Assembly: GCF_018350175.1 (NCBI RefSeq)
Contig: NC_058368.1
Location: 176,144,001 to 176,208,000 of the forward strand
Direction of reading: 5' to 3'
Source: Felis catus
Taxonomy: Eukaryota
Length of the DNA stretch: 64,000 nucleotides
Shown: positions 24,420 through 38,239 of the stretch, piece by piece
Layout of the letters: each line of letters starts with the position of its first letter
Position numbering within the stretch: the stretch's first letter is position 1
Notes under the pieces: generated by a model
Told to the model about the DNA's origin: nothing
Databases searched by the model: none
The model's input: the letters and a program-made list of their open reading frames with translations, nothing else
Translations under genes and position numbers: made by a program

Positions 24420-24930
24420 TTTATTAAACATGTGTAAGGCACTAGGGAACTCAACAGTGAGCAGTATCTCTGCCATCACTAATCTTTGGTTCTGGTGAGA
24501 AGGCTGACAATAAACGAACAAATACATGTATAGAGAGAGTCATTTGAGATTGTAGTACTGAGAAAAAATTCTGCTGGGTGATGTGACAGAGGGTGCTTTG
24601 GATGGGTGAGATAGGGTAAGGGACGGAGAGAGGTGTTTTAAGCATTGTGGTCTGGTAAGGCCACACGTTGGAAGTAACATTTTAGTTATGTTCTGAGTTT
24701 TTAGATGGAGCAGCCAGGGAAGAATCTGGAGAAGAGAGTTCAAGGCAGAGGGAGCAGCTTGTGCAAAGGCCCTGAGGTGGGAATTACTTTGGCATGTTTG
24801 AAAAACAAGCTGGTCGGAGCTTAGTGAGCACTTAGATGGTTGGCTCAGTGGATGGGTGGAGGAATATGATGTGGGCTTGGAGAAGTCAGCCTTGTGGACA
24901 TAGGGCAGATTGGTCATAAGTCTCCACTGC
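24420..24930 (-). mobile_element. L2 fragment
   Basis: AGGCAGAGGGAGCAGCTTGTGCAAAGGCCCTGAGGTGGGAAT pattern. Confidence 0.7.
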
Positions 24931-25717
24931 TCTGTATGGCATTTATGTCTGTACATGAATTTCCCTGACCCTTGACTTTGGGCTTGCCCAGGGGAGTTGT
25001 TTTGATGAATGAGATGTTAACAGATAGGACACTGGCAGAGGTTTGACATATGCTTTCATGGTGGGGCTTACTATCTTGGGCTTCTGCCAGCCCACTGGTC
25101 CAAGGAGGATAAGAGACACCTGGAGCAGGCCTGGACCTAACCTAGAGCCTGGGCCAAGCCCACCCAACCTCAGTCAAACTACAGCCGACCCAAAGATGTT
25201 GGAAAAAACCTGACGGTTTTAAGCCACTGGATTGGTGGGAAGGGATTGTTTCACAGCATTATTTTGGGTATAGTTAACTCACATGAAGCCACTGTAGGAA
25301 GCTGGGATTTTATTTCAAGGGGCATGAGAAGCCAGCTGGATGAATGCTGCCTTAGATGGCCCTTAGCTCCGGTGTCTCTATGACAGATGTGGCAGTCACG
25401 AGGCTGGTTCACACACACTATCTTCCTGAGGGGCACATAACATGATTGCATTTCCCCACCACCTTAAAGTTAGCACGGCCATGTCACTTGTGAGCAGAAG
25501 TGATATTAACATGTCAATTCCAGATGAAAGCTTTAAGGGCCAGAACACTAGTCCATCTTTCATTTTTCCTCTGCCAGGGCAACCAGTAAAGCTCTCTAAT
25601 TCCACCCACTTCTCTCCACTTCCACGGCTTCCAACCTGGTCCAGACTATCGTTCCTTCTCGCCTGCATGATCACAGTAGCCTCCCAACCAGTCTCCTCTT
25701 TTCCATTCCTGCCCCCT

Positions 25718-26156
25718 GTGTTAGACAGCATAACAGTCTCCCACAATGATGTCAATGAGGTTTATGGCCTAATCTCCAGAACTTGTGAAAATGTTACCTT
25801 ATAAGGAAAAAAAAAAATCCTTTGCAGGTATGATTAGGTTGAGGGTCTTGAAATGGGCGGACTGGCGCCCAACTGTGTGGCCCACTGTCGTCCCAAGGGT
25901 CCTTACAAGAGGCAGGAGGCTTGGAGTCAAAGAAGGAAATGTGACAATCATGGCGGAGGTTGCGGTGAACGCACCTGGGGGAGGATGAAGGCAGGAAGCC
26001 TCCAGAAACCGGCAAAGGCAAGGAAAAGGCTCCCTAGAGCCTCTGGAAGGAACACAGCCCCCCTGCCACCTTGATTTGAGAGCTTCCAACTTCCAGGACT
26101 GTAAGATAATAAATCTGTATTGTTTGAAGCCGCTGAGTTTGTGATAATAGAAAACA
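25718..26156 (+). mobile_element. MaLR LTR (MLT1D-like)
   Basis: CTAATCTCCAGAACTTGTGAAAATGTTACCTTA...CTAGAGCCTCTGGAAGGAACACAGCCC...GATAATAAATCTGTATTGTTTGAAGCC. Confidence 0.8.
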
Positions 26157-28587
26157 AATCCACTTCCCTAGAGTCTCGTCTCCACACGGCAGAAGTTGGA
26201 GGCTGTCACTTCCCTGCACGAGACCCTCCACGGATTCCCCGTTGCCTGCAGGGGATCCCGAACTCCTTGTCTGGGCAATGAGACCTGTCCACCTCTCCAG
26301 CAGCGTCACTCGCTCCTGCAGGTGGCTTTCTCCGAGAGGGCCTTCCTGAGCCCTAGACTAAATTGAGTGCTTCCGTGTCCTCTATTTTAGCGCCCCTTAT
26401 GACATCTGTTCCACACATTTGCAGATGCATTGCTTTGCTGTTGTCCCTTCTAGACCATCAGCACCATGGAGGGCAGGGACTATGCAATCACTGTCAGTAC
26501 TCACTGAGCAATTACGAAGCATCAGGCTGCACTTGCAACATCACATTTAATCCTCAGAGTAACCCCGTAGACAGATTCCATCATTACCTTCCTGTTACGG
26601 ACAAGGCCTGGAGTCTTAGTGAACAGAACATGGAGAGTAAGGGGCTGAGCCAGGACTGAACTCGGGACTCAGGCAGGCTTGGCCCAGAGCCCATTCTTGT
26701 ATCCTCCAGACTCTACTGCTCCGTTTGGTTCACCCTGCCTGGAACACAGTAACTGCTCAGTAAATACATGGCAAACGGATGGATGTTCCCTGGAGGTGTG
26801 GTGCCTGGGCTGAGAACGGCGTGCCCTTATTGAAAGAGCGGCAGAGAGCACAGCTGCATCGTTGAAAATAAAACACACAAGACGACGAGACCAAATTGTT
26901 CGGGGCCATCGATGGCCTCACTGCCCATCTGTTCCCTGTGCCACCCTGTCCCCATTAAGCGTAAAGCTCAAGGAACTGTTAGAACAGAAACCTAGCCCCT
27001 CCTTAACAGTGTTTATAGATGAGGAGAGAGCCACCGGGCCTCCCGGGAGAATGATGGCTTTTGAACCTGACAGTGTTTCCCCACAAGGAAATGAACTGTT
27101 GGTCCTGCAGGAATCATCTTCAAAGCCAGAGAACCTGGTTTAAGCATGGCTTTTAGAAGAAGCTAATCATGCCCCTGACTCCCGCCAACCAGATGGCTGG
27201 GCCGCCTTCCCCTTGTGGAAGCGGGGGCCTGCTTCACACAGCTGTCCAAGCTGCGGGCTGAAATCAAGATGCTGGAATCCAGCCTCTGCTCTTTCATCCG
27301 CAGCCTCTGGGACCTGCGGTCCGGAGTCAAGTGTGGGGTGAGCCGCAGGGCCTGCGGCAGGCGAGGCCTCGCAAGCAATTAGCTCCCGTGCCCAGACACT
27401 TGCTCCTTTTTATGTTCCTAATCTCTTTACCAGAAACACTCTGGATTTTGTTCTGAGCTGGGCTAGGAGCATCGCCCTCCTCAGATGGCACTGGAAAGTC
27501 AGGTGTTTTCAATGCCAAAGCCGTCAGGCCGAGCTTTGTGGCCTCGTAGCACAGACAGACGGGGGTTAGAGGGCCAGAAGGGAAGAGAGACTACAGAGCA
27601 CAACTGTGGGGGAACACCGGAAGCCAAGGGGTAGAAACCAGAACATTCTATCAGATGAAGAAAAGTCCTTGGACCTGTCAAATGTTGTTGATGTTGGGGG
27701 GGCAACCTGATGGGGTACCAGAAAGGGGTGGGGAGTGGCTATGGGGAGACACTTCTGTTATGGAGAGAAAATGCTTTCCCCTGCATTCTGATATGATGAA
27801 CCTGGACCCAAATGTCTGTCTGTCACTAACACTGATCATCTCTGGTGGGATTATGTGTGTCTGTTTTCTTCCTTCTTTCTGAATTTTTAGGATGATCATG
27901 CATTTCCTTGAAAAACTGAAAAAACACTTTTTATGTTGAAAAACAAAACAAAGTCTGGCTGACCCTGCGAGGGTCCTCAGAACAACCCTAGCAAGTGCTC
28001 AACACTTGGTGAACGTCTTTCCTTGAGGGCCACGGCCAGCTCCTGAGCCAGGGGGACCCCTGCTCCAGCCCCGCCTCTCAGAGCTGTTTGTGGAGTAACG
28101 GCCTGCCTGTCACAACTGTCCCAAACAGCCAGACACCGAGCTTAGAGTCCAGGCCAGCCCTTGGCATTTAGCCTGTCTTATCCTCCAACGAGGACAAAAA
28201 GACTGAGCAGGCGGGCTTGTGAGCAATAAGTAGCCCGATGTGTGTGCAAACACTGAGCCAGTATCTAGCAAACACAAGACAACCAAAGGTAATGAAAGAT
28301 GGCTGGCTGAACTGGAAACCGCCAGCGCAGCCAACCCCAGCCCTGACGCCTCACCTTCTCCGTTTCTCCCACGGCCACTCACCCTGGCGCTCGGGTGCTT
28401 ATTTACTTTACATGTTCCCCAAGTTCACTTTAAGTGACTCACTGCTTTTACTTGCCTAATCCTCAACAATACCTGTGAAACCACAGCTTTGATATGCCAG
28501 TTCCATTTCCCAAAGGTACGTGGAAGTCAGTACAAAATTACTGACAACTAAAATGTTTTCTGTGCACCATCTAAAACTGCCTTTCAT

Positions 28588-28770
28588 GGGGGTACCTGGA
28601 TGGCTCATTCGCTTAAACGTCTGTCTTCGGCTCAGGTCACGATCTCAAGGTTTGTGAGTTTGAGCCCCACATTGGGCTCTTGCTGTCAGCACACAGCCCG
28701 CTTCAGAGCCTCTGTGCCCCGCCCCCCGCCCCTTCCCTTCCCCTCAAAAATAAATAAACGCATCAAAAAA
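28588..28770 (+). mobile_element. CanSINE
   Basis: Head GGGGTACCTGGATGGCTCA and AAAATAAATAAAC tail. Confidence 0.88.
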
Positions 28771-29660
28771 TACAATGAAATTGTCTTTCATGGCCCCAGG
28801 GTCCTGTGCCCCACATTGTGGGAGCCACACCGTGGGAAATGCTGCCCTACCCACACCGAGCTCCTGTGAAGCGTCCAAACTGGGTTGCTGATGTTCTAGG
28901 TGGGCTGCAGCACATCAGGGATGAGGCTCCTGAGAGAGGTCGCTCTCTGCGGGGCCAGCACCCCCCACCCCGCACCCACCTTCCCAAGCCCCCACCGCAG
29001 AGCCAGCCGGAGGGCCTCCCAAAGCACAGCCAGATGCAAGCCAGGGAAGGGGGGGTGGTCCACTTCCCCGCTGGCGGTGGCCTTGGGCTCTGGCCTGCCC
29101 TTCTCTGTGCCCACAGTCACCACCTTAGTCAGGCTCCATTGCCTTCTACCAGCCTGGGCCACCGACCCTGTCTCTCACTCTCCAATCCATTCTCCACACA
29201 GATCTCTCCCCACAACGTCCTCATTCGAAATTCCATCATGCTCTCCAGTCACTAGAGTTGTTGAGGTTGTAAACTGGAATGTTTTGCCCAGGCAGGGTTC
29301 TCTCTCTCTCTCTCTTCTAAAATGAGCACAATGAATGTGATTTTCATGAATATTGATGTAATGCCTTTAAAGATTATTCTAGGAGCTCGGAAAGTAACTC
29401 CTTGGCAGTTCCTCCTTACCGTAACGGTGTGACAGCGACGCTGAAGACAGGCTCTGTGCTGCTCCAGACTATCTTCTCTTTGTCCCACGTCTCATGGCCC
29501 CAGGTGGTCTCATGTTACTGGCCTTGTGCTACCGTTTGGAGGTGCTGCAGAGCTGAAGGACTGTCCATCCGACCAAGCTCTTCCCCTGTGAGGTCTCTCA
29601 GCTGGCTGCTCTCTCAGGAGGCTCTGGGCTCCTCTCCTCTGCTACACAGATGGTGCCAAA

Positions 29661-29683
29661 CTTTTTTTTAATGTTTATTTATT

Positions 29684-29737
<54 letters not shown>

Positions 29738-29898
29738 CAAGCAGGGGAGGGAGAGAGAGAGAGGGGGAGACACAGAATCTGAAGCAGGCTCCAAGCTGTC
29801 AACTCAGAGCCCGACGTGGGGCTTGGACCCACGAACCGTGAGATCATGACCTGAGCCGAAATCGGATGCTTGACCGACTGAGCCACCCAGGCGCCCCC
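29661..29898 (-). mobile_element. CanSINE with expanded (GA)n linker
   Basis: (GA)~23 at 29687-29733 within a typical body. Confidence 0.95.
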
Positions 29899-32800
29899 AA
29901 ATGTTGTGCACTTTAACAATTCAGATTATTAAATTTGAAAAGTGGAGTTATCCAGCCATGGGCGCTCATGTTCCCACGTGGCAGCCACGAGGAGAGGCCA
30001 GGTGGCAGCTGCCCCTTGACTGAAGCATCTGCTCTCCAATTCACCACAGTCCTCACCACCCCCTATCGTTCCCCAACAATGAGGCGGCACCAGCTGTTTC
30101 TCTTACGGCGGCGTTGAGGAGAGAGAAAGCTTTCTTATGTCCCTGTCTTGCAAAATTGGAAAAACTAAAGCTAGGCGGCGAGGATCCTGTATTTCAAACA
30201 GGAAAGAAGGTATTTTTTGGTGAAAAGAAGCACCCAGTCTGCCTTCCTCATCTGCATGGCTTGCTTGGCCTCTATCAGTCGTCGAGTTTGTATCCGCTGT
30301 TCTGGGGAGAGAACTAAACCTCTCTGCAGGGTATAATGAAGTTAGGATAAAAGGCGGCTATAATAAGGCACCCCCAAACTAGAATGGCTTCAGCAAATTA
30401 CAAGTTTATCTCTCTTTCATGCAAAGTTTGTTCCAACTTATGATTTGATGGTGTTGGGAATCTGGGCTCTTTCTATCCTGTTCTGTAATTTGTTCTCAAT
30501 ATGCAACAGCTACCTCATGGTCTGAGATGGCCCCACCATCCCAGCTGCATCCCAGCCAGGGGGATGAGGGAAAAGTAGAGAGGGGCACAATCTGTAAGTT
30601 TCACTTAGAACATTCACTCTTGTCCTGCTATCTGAAAATAGTTGCCTCGCCACACCTACCTAGCTGCGAGGGAGGTTGCCAAATGTAGGTAAGCTGATGT
30701 CTATGTTCGTGCCTACCTAAAAATTGTTACAATACAAAGAGGAGGGAATGAGCAGTCTCTGTCATCTAATCGCCCTGCTCATCCCTCCAGCCTCATGTCC
30801 CACCTGTATGCCTCAGAAATTTGCCCTCCCATGATCCGTCACTCCCCTGTGCCCTTTGTGTACACCCTTCCCTCTGTCTGGAATGCCCTCCCTAGACTGA
30901 CTCCCTGGTAAGTCTTCCTCATTCTTCAAATCTAAGGCAAAGTATGCCTCCCCTATCACGCCTCTGCCACCTGCCCCAGCTAAGCTCAACATTCTCTCTT
31001 GGGTTCATTTTATAGTTTGTAGGAGCCGATGCCAGACTGCCTAGGCTATGTTTCACCCTCTGTACCTGCCCTCTCCTTCTTCCCTTCCTCCCTTCCCCTC
31101 CCTTCTGCCCAGGACTGGGTAAAATATACATCTGGTGAGCTAGGTAGGCCATTGGAGTTCAGGGGCCCTCTCTAAGGGTGTCTCATCTAAGGGTCTTGTC
31201 AACCTTACTGGATATCTGCAGAGTATCCTCACCCTGAATCTACAGGAAAGGCTCCTGAGGGCTATGGTCAGCTGGGGTTTCTCTCCAGATGGGCCTTGGC
31301 CGGCATAGGGATGGTCCCATCCCTAAATGGCATCCACCCCAACCCAGCCCAACAATCCCCATCCTCTTATCTCCACTGAGCCCAGTACTGGGTGGGGGGA
31401 CTGACCACATCCTACAGCCACAGGCAAGCAGGGCCCATGGGATGCATAAGGATCTGTTGTCTGGGGGAGGACACAGGGAGGTACAGGGAGGCCTTCTTCT
31501 GGAAAGGACCATGGGGTAGTAGCAAAAGCACTGGTTTTAGCACCCACCGACCTATGTTATTATCCTATGATGCTCTAGCGTCATGAAACAACCTCTTGAT
31601 TTCCCTGTCAAATGGGACTAATAAAGTCCCACGTGCCATGCTGCTGGGAGTATAAAAATGGGATAATACAGGTTCTCAACAAACATCAGTTCCCTTCCCC
31701 ACTTTCCATGGGTCTCTGTCTCAAGCGGGAGACTGGGCCTAACTAAGGTAGTTTCAGTCCTGGGCCCCAAAGCTGAGATTCCTCGTGGACAATCCCAACT
31801 GGGTAGAATTGGAAGTCGGGTTGCAGTGTAGGTCGAGGACAGGCTTTGGGCACAGAGAGTCCGACTGCTGCTCTTGAGCTGTAGGATCTTGGTCAAGACA
31901 CTTCATTCTGTTGTATCTCGGGTTCCTGTGCGTCACTGGGGCAATGAGGTCCTGCCTGTGGGAGCGCTTACTGAGAAACACTAGTTAAAGGGCTTGTAAA
32001 TCACTGAGTGGGGTTTACATCACGTGGTTTGAACAGACAGATATGATAACATTTTCTGTATCTGTTCACGGGCTAGCAGCTGGCTAGCATGACTGTTCCT
32101 TGTAAGAGGGTTTGCCGAGGGCATAGGTCTGCTCTGCTGTCACTGTCCCTGGTCACCTTGGCCACCACACCAGAAAGGAAAGGTATGAGGGCAAGACAGG
32201 TCTGGAAAGGGGTGAGTTATCAAGCCTTGCTGGGTCATATTTGACCAGCACACAATTGGAAAGGAGGGAGCCAGGGTGGGCTGCTGCCTGCTTTCATGCT
32301 GTCCTGTATTTCCCACCCACCGGTCCATTCACGGCACTAGGCGTGTGCTGATCCCTGCCCAGCACCTCCCTGGCTCCCAGGGGTGCCATTATCACGGCAC
32401 AAAGGTACCCCTCTCCTAGAAGGAACAGGCAGCAATTTTGCATTCGGGTTGAAACCTCCGCAAATCAATTTTCAAATGCTTTCTATGTGACAGCCTATGG
32501 CTGCGCCCGCCTCCTTGGTCCCCTCAATTTCCATCTCTGCCCCTCCACAGTGATTCAAAGGGAGCTTTCTGAAACCCCTTTTTCCCCTCCAGTGAATCAC
32601 TATTCATTTATTCATTCATGTGTGCACTCAGTATTTGTTGAGACATTGTGCTGGGGCTGGGGAAAGAAGAGTTAATAAGATATATGAGGACCCTGTCCTT
32701 CTTGGAGCTTCTAGTGAATAAAATAATGACATGTGGTAGTAAGTGTTGCCCTATGAAGAGATGTGCCAAAAGGCAAGAAAAGGGGTTACCTCTACACGGG

Positions 32801-32986
32801 ATGGTAAGCCCATGGGAGAGCCGATGCATTAGGGTGCCTGAGAAGTCCTCCCAGATGGGTGCTCCACTGGTCACCTGGTGAACCCCTCAGACTGGGTTCT
32901 CATCCTCATCCTGCTGGCTCAGAGGGCTTTTCATCAGCATCCTGGGAGTAGGTCCTTATCTTGGGGTGGACTTATGTTATCCAAGC

Positions 32987-33483
32987 TGTTATAGGTTGAA
33001 TTGTGTCGTCCCCCCCATCCCCCATAAAGATATGCGAAGTCCTGATACCCAGTACCTCAGAATGTGGCCTTATTTGAAAATAGGGCCATTCCTGATGTAA
33101 TTAATTAAGGTGAAGTCATTAGGGGAGGCCATAAGGCAGTATGATTGGTCTCCTTATTAAAAGGGTAAATTGGACACAGAGACAGATGTGCACAGAGGGA
33201 AGACCATGAAGACATAGAGGGAGAGGATGATCATGTGGTGGTGTAGGCCAAGACTGGAGTGATGCATCTACAAGCCAAGGAACATCAGAGATTGTTGGTA
33301 ACTACCAGAAGCTAGAAGAAGCAAGGGAGGATTCTCCCCTCGAGCTGTCAGAGGGACCACGGACCTGTCAACACTTTGATCCCAGACTTCTAGCCTCTAG
33401 AATTGTATGACAATAATTGTCTATTGTTTTAAGCCATCCACTCATGTACCAAGTTCTTAGTGAGCAACTATTATGTGCAGACA
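32987..33483 (+). mobile_element. MaLR LTR (MLT1B/C-like)
   Basis: TGTTATAGGTTGAATTGTGTC...CCCAGTACCTCAGAATGTGGCCTTATTTG...CAAGCCAAGGAACA...TTGTTTTAAGCCA. Confidence 0.85.
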
Positions 33484-34083
33484 CCATGCTAGGTCCTAGG
33501 GACACATGTGGAGGCCTGGAGGCCCAGGGGTAGGGGTAGGGGTGAAGAGCCTGGGCGGGAGGTGACAGGACCAGGGCACCACCATCATGGAGAGGCATTT
33601 GTGGGGGAGGCTGGAACCAGAGCAGGGAAGGTGAGGACCCACCCCTCCCTGATGGACAGAGCTGGGGGGTACTGTGAGGTGAGGCCTCAGGGGCAGCCCT
33701 TTCCTATCCTCCTGGCTGAAGTGATCACAAGGTTGTTTCTCTAGGTGAGCGCCACACAACAGATGAGGCTTCTGCTTCAAAAAAGCATCTACAGTCCCCT
33801 CTAATAGTTGGGCCTCCCTGAGATTGCCCCAGATGATGCTGGTTGGAGCTTACAGTGTGCTCCAACTCTTGGTTCACGTTGACCAAGGTGTTACTGGTTT
33901 AATCCAAATGTCACAAAGGCCTCACCCCAGCGCCATCAGGTGGGTGCTTTTCGCCAGGTACGGTGTTTTTACTGGCCCCCCCCCACTCCCTCATTAGGCC
34001 CCACGCTCACATTCTTACTTCATGCCTTGCCCAAGTGGAAGCATCTGAGGTTAAGATCTCTGTCTTACTCAGGTTATCGGTAA

Positions 34084-34648
34084 TGTTCCAGTTATCTGAT
34101 ACTATGTGGCAAACCACCCCAAAACAACAGAACAACTGTTTAACTCTTCTATTGGCCAAGAATCCAGATGAGGCATAGTGTGGATGATTTGTCTCCCCTC
34201 CATGGTGTCTGGGGTCCCAGCTGGGAAGACTGCAATGGCTGGGGGCTCGGATTACCTGGAGCCTTTTTTACTCACTTATCTGGCACCTACGCTGGGATGA
34301 CCCCAAGATTGACCGCAACTTGAACTGACAGCCCAAGCATCTACGCTGGCTTCTCCATGTGGATTGGGAGCCTCACACCATATTGGCCTCAGGAGAGTTG
34401 AACTTCTTACACGGCAGCTCAGTTTTCCAAGGGCAAGGGTTCAGGAGAACGAGGTTTGGCTGTATGGCCTTTCCTCACTTAACCTTGGAAGTCACAGAGA
34501 ATCACCTCCGCTGTACTCCATTCATCAAAAGAGTCCCAAGCCCTTGCAGTTTTGAGAGGAAGGGCATGGAGTTTATGGACAGAGACATAGACTCCTCCTC
34601 CAAAAGAGAAGTGCCAACAAATCTGTGGCTGTATTTCAAAACTACCAC
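34084..34648 (-). mobile_element. MaLR LTR (MLT1H/F-like)
   Basis: CAAACCACCCCAAAAC...CAGCTGGGAAGAC...CCTTGGAAGTCACA...AACTACCAC. Confidence 0.65.
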
Positions 34649-35749
34649 GGTCAATTACAGCCACGAGGTAGGAAACTAGATTTCCCTCAGGCTTAGGTTT
34701 TGGGGTATGCCTCACTTGACTGACACCTGGCCCTCCACTCAAGCACAGAATGAGGTTCAAATCCCTTGGCATGAAAATCTAAGTCCTTCATAGCCGGTCC
34801 CAGCCTGCATTCCAGCCTTCTCCTCTGGCCATCTGAGCTTTCCTTGAACCGGCTGAATATGCTCACGTAAGGTGCCACTTGCTGGCCGACTGAGTGGGCC
34901 AGAGGACCCGTGACCCCCCCTAGAGGGACACAACTTTCCAACTCCTCAAGGTGCTGTTGAGCCTGGCGGCACCCCTGGGTTATTCCTCCAGAGGCTCGGA
35001 GCTACCCCAGGGGATGCTGAAACTCATCTGGAGCCCTGGATTCTTGGCCTGAGGATGCTGTCCCCTGTCCTCCGCTAATGAGTCAGCCATCTGTTTTCCT
35101 TCCCTGAACTCTGCTCTGCTGGAAGCTGCACAGACACCCCAGCTGGGGCTTCAAAGCCAGGTGGTTTGAGTGGCCCTAAGCATGGGAATCGGAGCTGCTT
35201 GTGATTCTCTAGAGTTCCCGCCCCAACTCATAACTATTCACAGGGCACGGACAGCTGAGCTCTGTTTCCTTGAAAGGGCCGCCTTTGAAGCCAGTGATGG
35301 GGGCCTTGGACAGCCTCCCACGTGAGCACTGCACCCGGTGAGGGGAAGACAGGGGTCATGGGGGCCACACCTGGAGGGGCCACTCTGTTAAAAGGACCCA
35401 CGGCCATGGCCAGGAAGGCGAGAAGTGAGACAGAAGGGATGCACTTCCGCCAGGTGACCTCTGGTCCCCAACCAAATGGATGACTGTGAGGACTGAGAGT
35501 CTAGGAATTAAAGCCACATCTCACTTCAGTTGACGAGCTGCAGCCTGGTCTTTACTGGGGGGGGGGGGGGGGGGAACAGACACGTCAAATTCACAAGCAC
35601 ATAAGGTACATGATACTCTGCACTTGGACTTGTGCCCCTGCACAGTACTTAGCGAGTCAAGCACAAGTAAACTGAACCTGAGTCCAGCAAGAAGCCTTTT
35701 TTTTTTTAAGTATTAAAAAAAAAAAGTATTATCTGTATTAATTCCTAAT

Positions 35750-36450
35750 GTTTAAGGTTTTTAAAAACTTTGGAAATAATTAGAGACTCCCAGGAAGTTG
35801 CAAAAATAGTACACAGGATTCCACGGACCCTTCAGCCAGCCCTCCCCCTGTGGTAACATCTTCTAGAGCAATAGCCCAACATCACAAGGAGACTGATGTG
35901 GACATAGTACGGTTAACTAGACCGCCGACCTTCCTCCGCACTGGTTTTTACGTGTTCACTTGTGTGTGTGTGTGTGTGTGTTTCTGTGTAATTTTATCCC
36001 ATGGATAGACTGGTGTAACCACCACGGTCATCAAGACATGGACCCTTTCCATCCCCACCTAGGAATCCCCTCACGTTACCTCTTCACAGCCAAAACTCCC
36101 TCCACCCGTCCCCTGGCAGCCTCTAATCTGGTCTCCACCTCTGTAGTTTTGTCATTTTGAGAATGTTCCATAAATGGACTCATAGGGCATGCAGCCTTTG
36201 ACACTGGCTTTCTTCACTAAGCATCATTCCCACAACGCCCATCCAGGTCGTTGCACATATGGACAGTTTGCCCCCCGTTACTGCTGAGTAGTGTTCTAGT
36301 GTAAAGATGCACCAGAATTTGATCAGCCATTCACCAGCTGGAGGACATTGGAGTTGTTTCTGGTTTGGGGGCTATTAAATCCACTGTGAACACTTGTCTG
36401 TGGGTTTCTGTGTGGATATAAACTTCCACTTCTCTGGGATAAATGCCCAA
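35750..36450 (-). mobile_element. L1MC-like fragment
   Basis: GGAAGTTGCAAAAATAGTACA...TTTTGTCATTTTGAGAATGTT...TCTCTGGGATAAATGCCCAAG. Confidence 0.75.
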
Positions 36451-37276
36451 GTGAACATGTCGTCTTAAGCTTCTCTGTTATCTGGCGCACGTCTCCCAAG
36501 GAGTTCCAATCTGCAAAGACTTTGGATTTTGTGTTCTAACACACCATACAGTTAGTCATTTTTCTGAAGGGAAATCATCTTGTTCTCACACGGCTTTTGG
36601 AAATGGGGCTCCTTCCATATAGAATTTGCATATGCGAGAATATTTACGTGTCAGTTTTATTCAAGGGATAATCATGCTATTCTCATAACCAATTTGAAAA
36701 GTAGAAAAGAGACAGGCATTGTGCCTCCATTCTACACGCAATGACATGGAAGTCCATGCTTGACGTGGTTTTGTTTTTCATTTTACTGGTGGACTAGCTG
36801 TGGGCTTTTCAGTAGGAGCCTGAGATGGGTACAGAGGAGAAAATGAAAATAGTGTGCTGGGTCTGGACTAGAAAGTGATGACAGTAAGGATGATCCAAGC
36901 TTCTGGATTCCTAGTTGTCAGACTTTTTAAAGAAATACTTCACACATACCAAAGGGTAGAAAGTTGTTTTACCAAGATGGTAATGTTGCTATGGCAACAC
37001 AAGAGGGGTTTCAGACCTGTCTCTATGGGGCTTAGTGAAAACATTCACCACACTTTCATAATATGTAACTGATTTAGAAATAAATTACGAAGAGCAGGAA
37101 ACCTATTTAATAGGAAATTTGAATGAAATATTTTTAAAAATCTGAATGAGAATTTCCTTCCATGAATGTAACTTTTGTGTCAGGCTTTAGGCTCACGGCC
37201 ACCTGCAATCTTTGCTTTAATGACGAATGCTTCAAATTCTTAATAGTCACCATTGCTAAGAAATTTTGCTTTCACA

Positions 37277-37503
37277 GGGTGCCTGGGTGGCTCAGTCCGG
37301 CTCTTGATCTCAGCTCGGGTCAGGGTCATGATTTCACAGTTTGTGAGATTGAGCCCCCAGTGGTGCTCTGTACTGACAGGGCAGAGCCTGCTTGGGATTC
37401 TCTCTCCCACTCTCTGCCCCTCCCCACTCATAAGCATGCCCACACATGTGCTCTCTCAAAATAAATAAACTTAAAAATATTATTAAAAAAAACAAAAAAC
37501 AAC
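37277..37503 (+). mobile_element. CanSINE
   Basis: TSD AAATTTTGCTTTCA at 37261 and 37504. Confidence 0.92.
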
Positions 37504-38239
37504 AAATTTTGCTTTCATAAGTAGTTAAAAAAAAGTTTAGAAAAATTTTTTTGCCATCTCTAAAAATTTACAACGGTCAAAACTACGTTTAAAGAACCTC
37601 TCTTTTCTTTCACTTGGCAATCATAAGTGTACGAACTTCTTGGGACTTTGAATCCGGTCACATTTCTTCATACTAAGTGTTTCTGTGGAAGTGAGGGCCT
37701 CATGACTAGTCAGAGGTAAAGACAAAGGAGGTGGGAAGGAGGTTGAGTTTCTGCCTTGGGCACTGGGGGCCCCCCAACAAAGGTGGGGAAGTTATGAGAT
37801 GGTAATTAGGTTGCAACCCAAACAGGAAACACCACTGGGGTTGGTAAAGCTTTTGACACCCAGTTTCTTTATTCTTGGTCAGTGGTCAGATTTAAGCACT
37901 CATCCCTGTGGTCAAGTAGGGCTTGGTCTTGGGGCAGAAACCCGTCGTAAGCCAAGGGTCAGGCTTAACATCAATAAGGGCCAAATCCCAGACTTTGGGA
38001 CAACGTTAATCCCAGCTCTGGGTTAAGACCAGTCCACAGTTAACTGAACAACTGGTGGTAAAAGTAAGCCACGAGGCCTACGGGGCTTGGGCCTTCGCAG
38101 GGAGCAGTCCGGATAAAAACTGTTCTTCTTCAGGCCATGCTGATGTGGAGGGCCCTTGTTCGGAAGCTTCTTTGGGAAGGGGGTTGGCCTGCCAGTTCCT
38201 TCCCTCTTCATTTCTCCCTCCTCTAATATGCAGGGGCTG

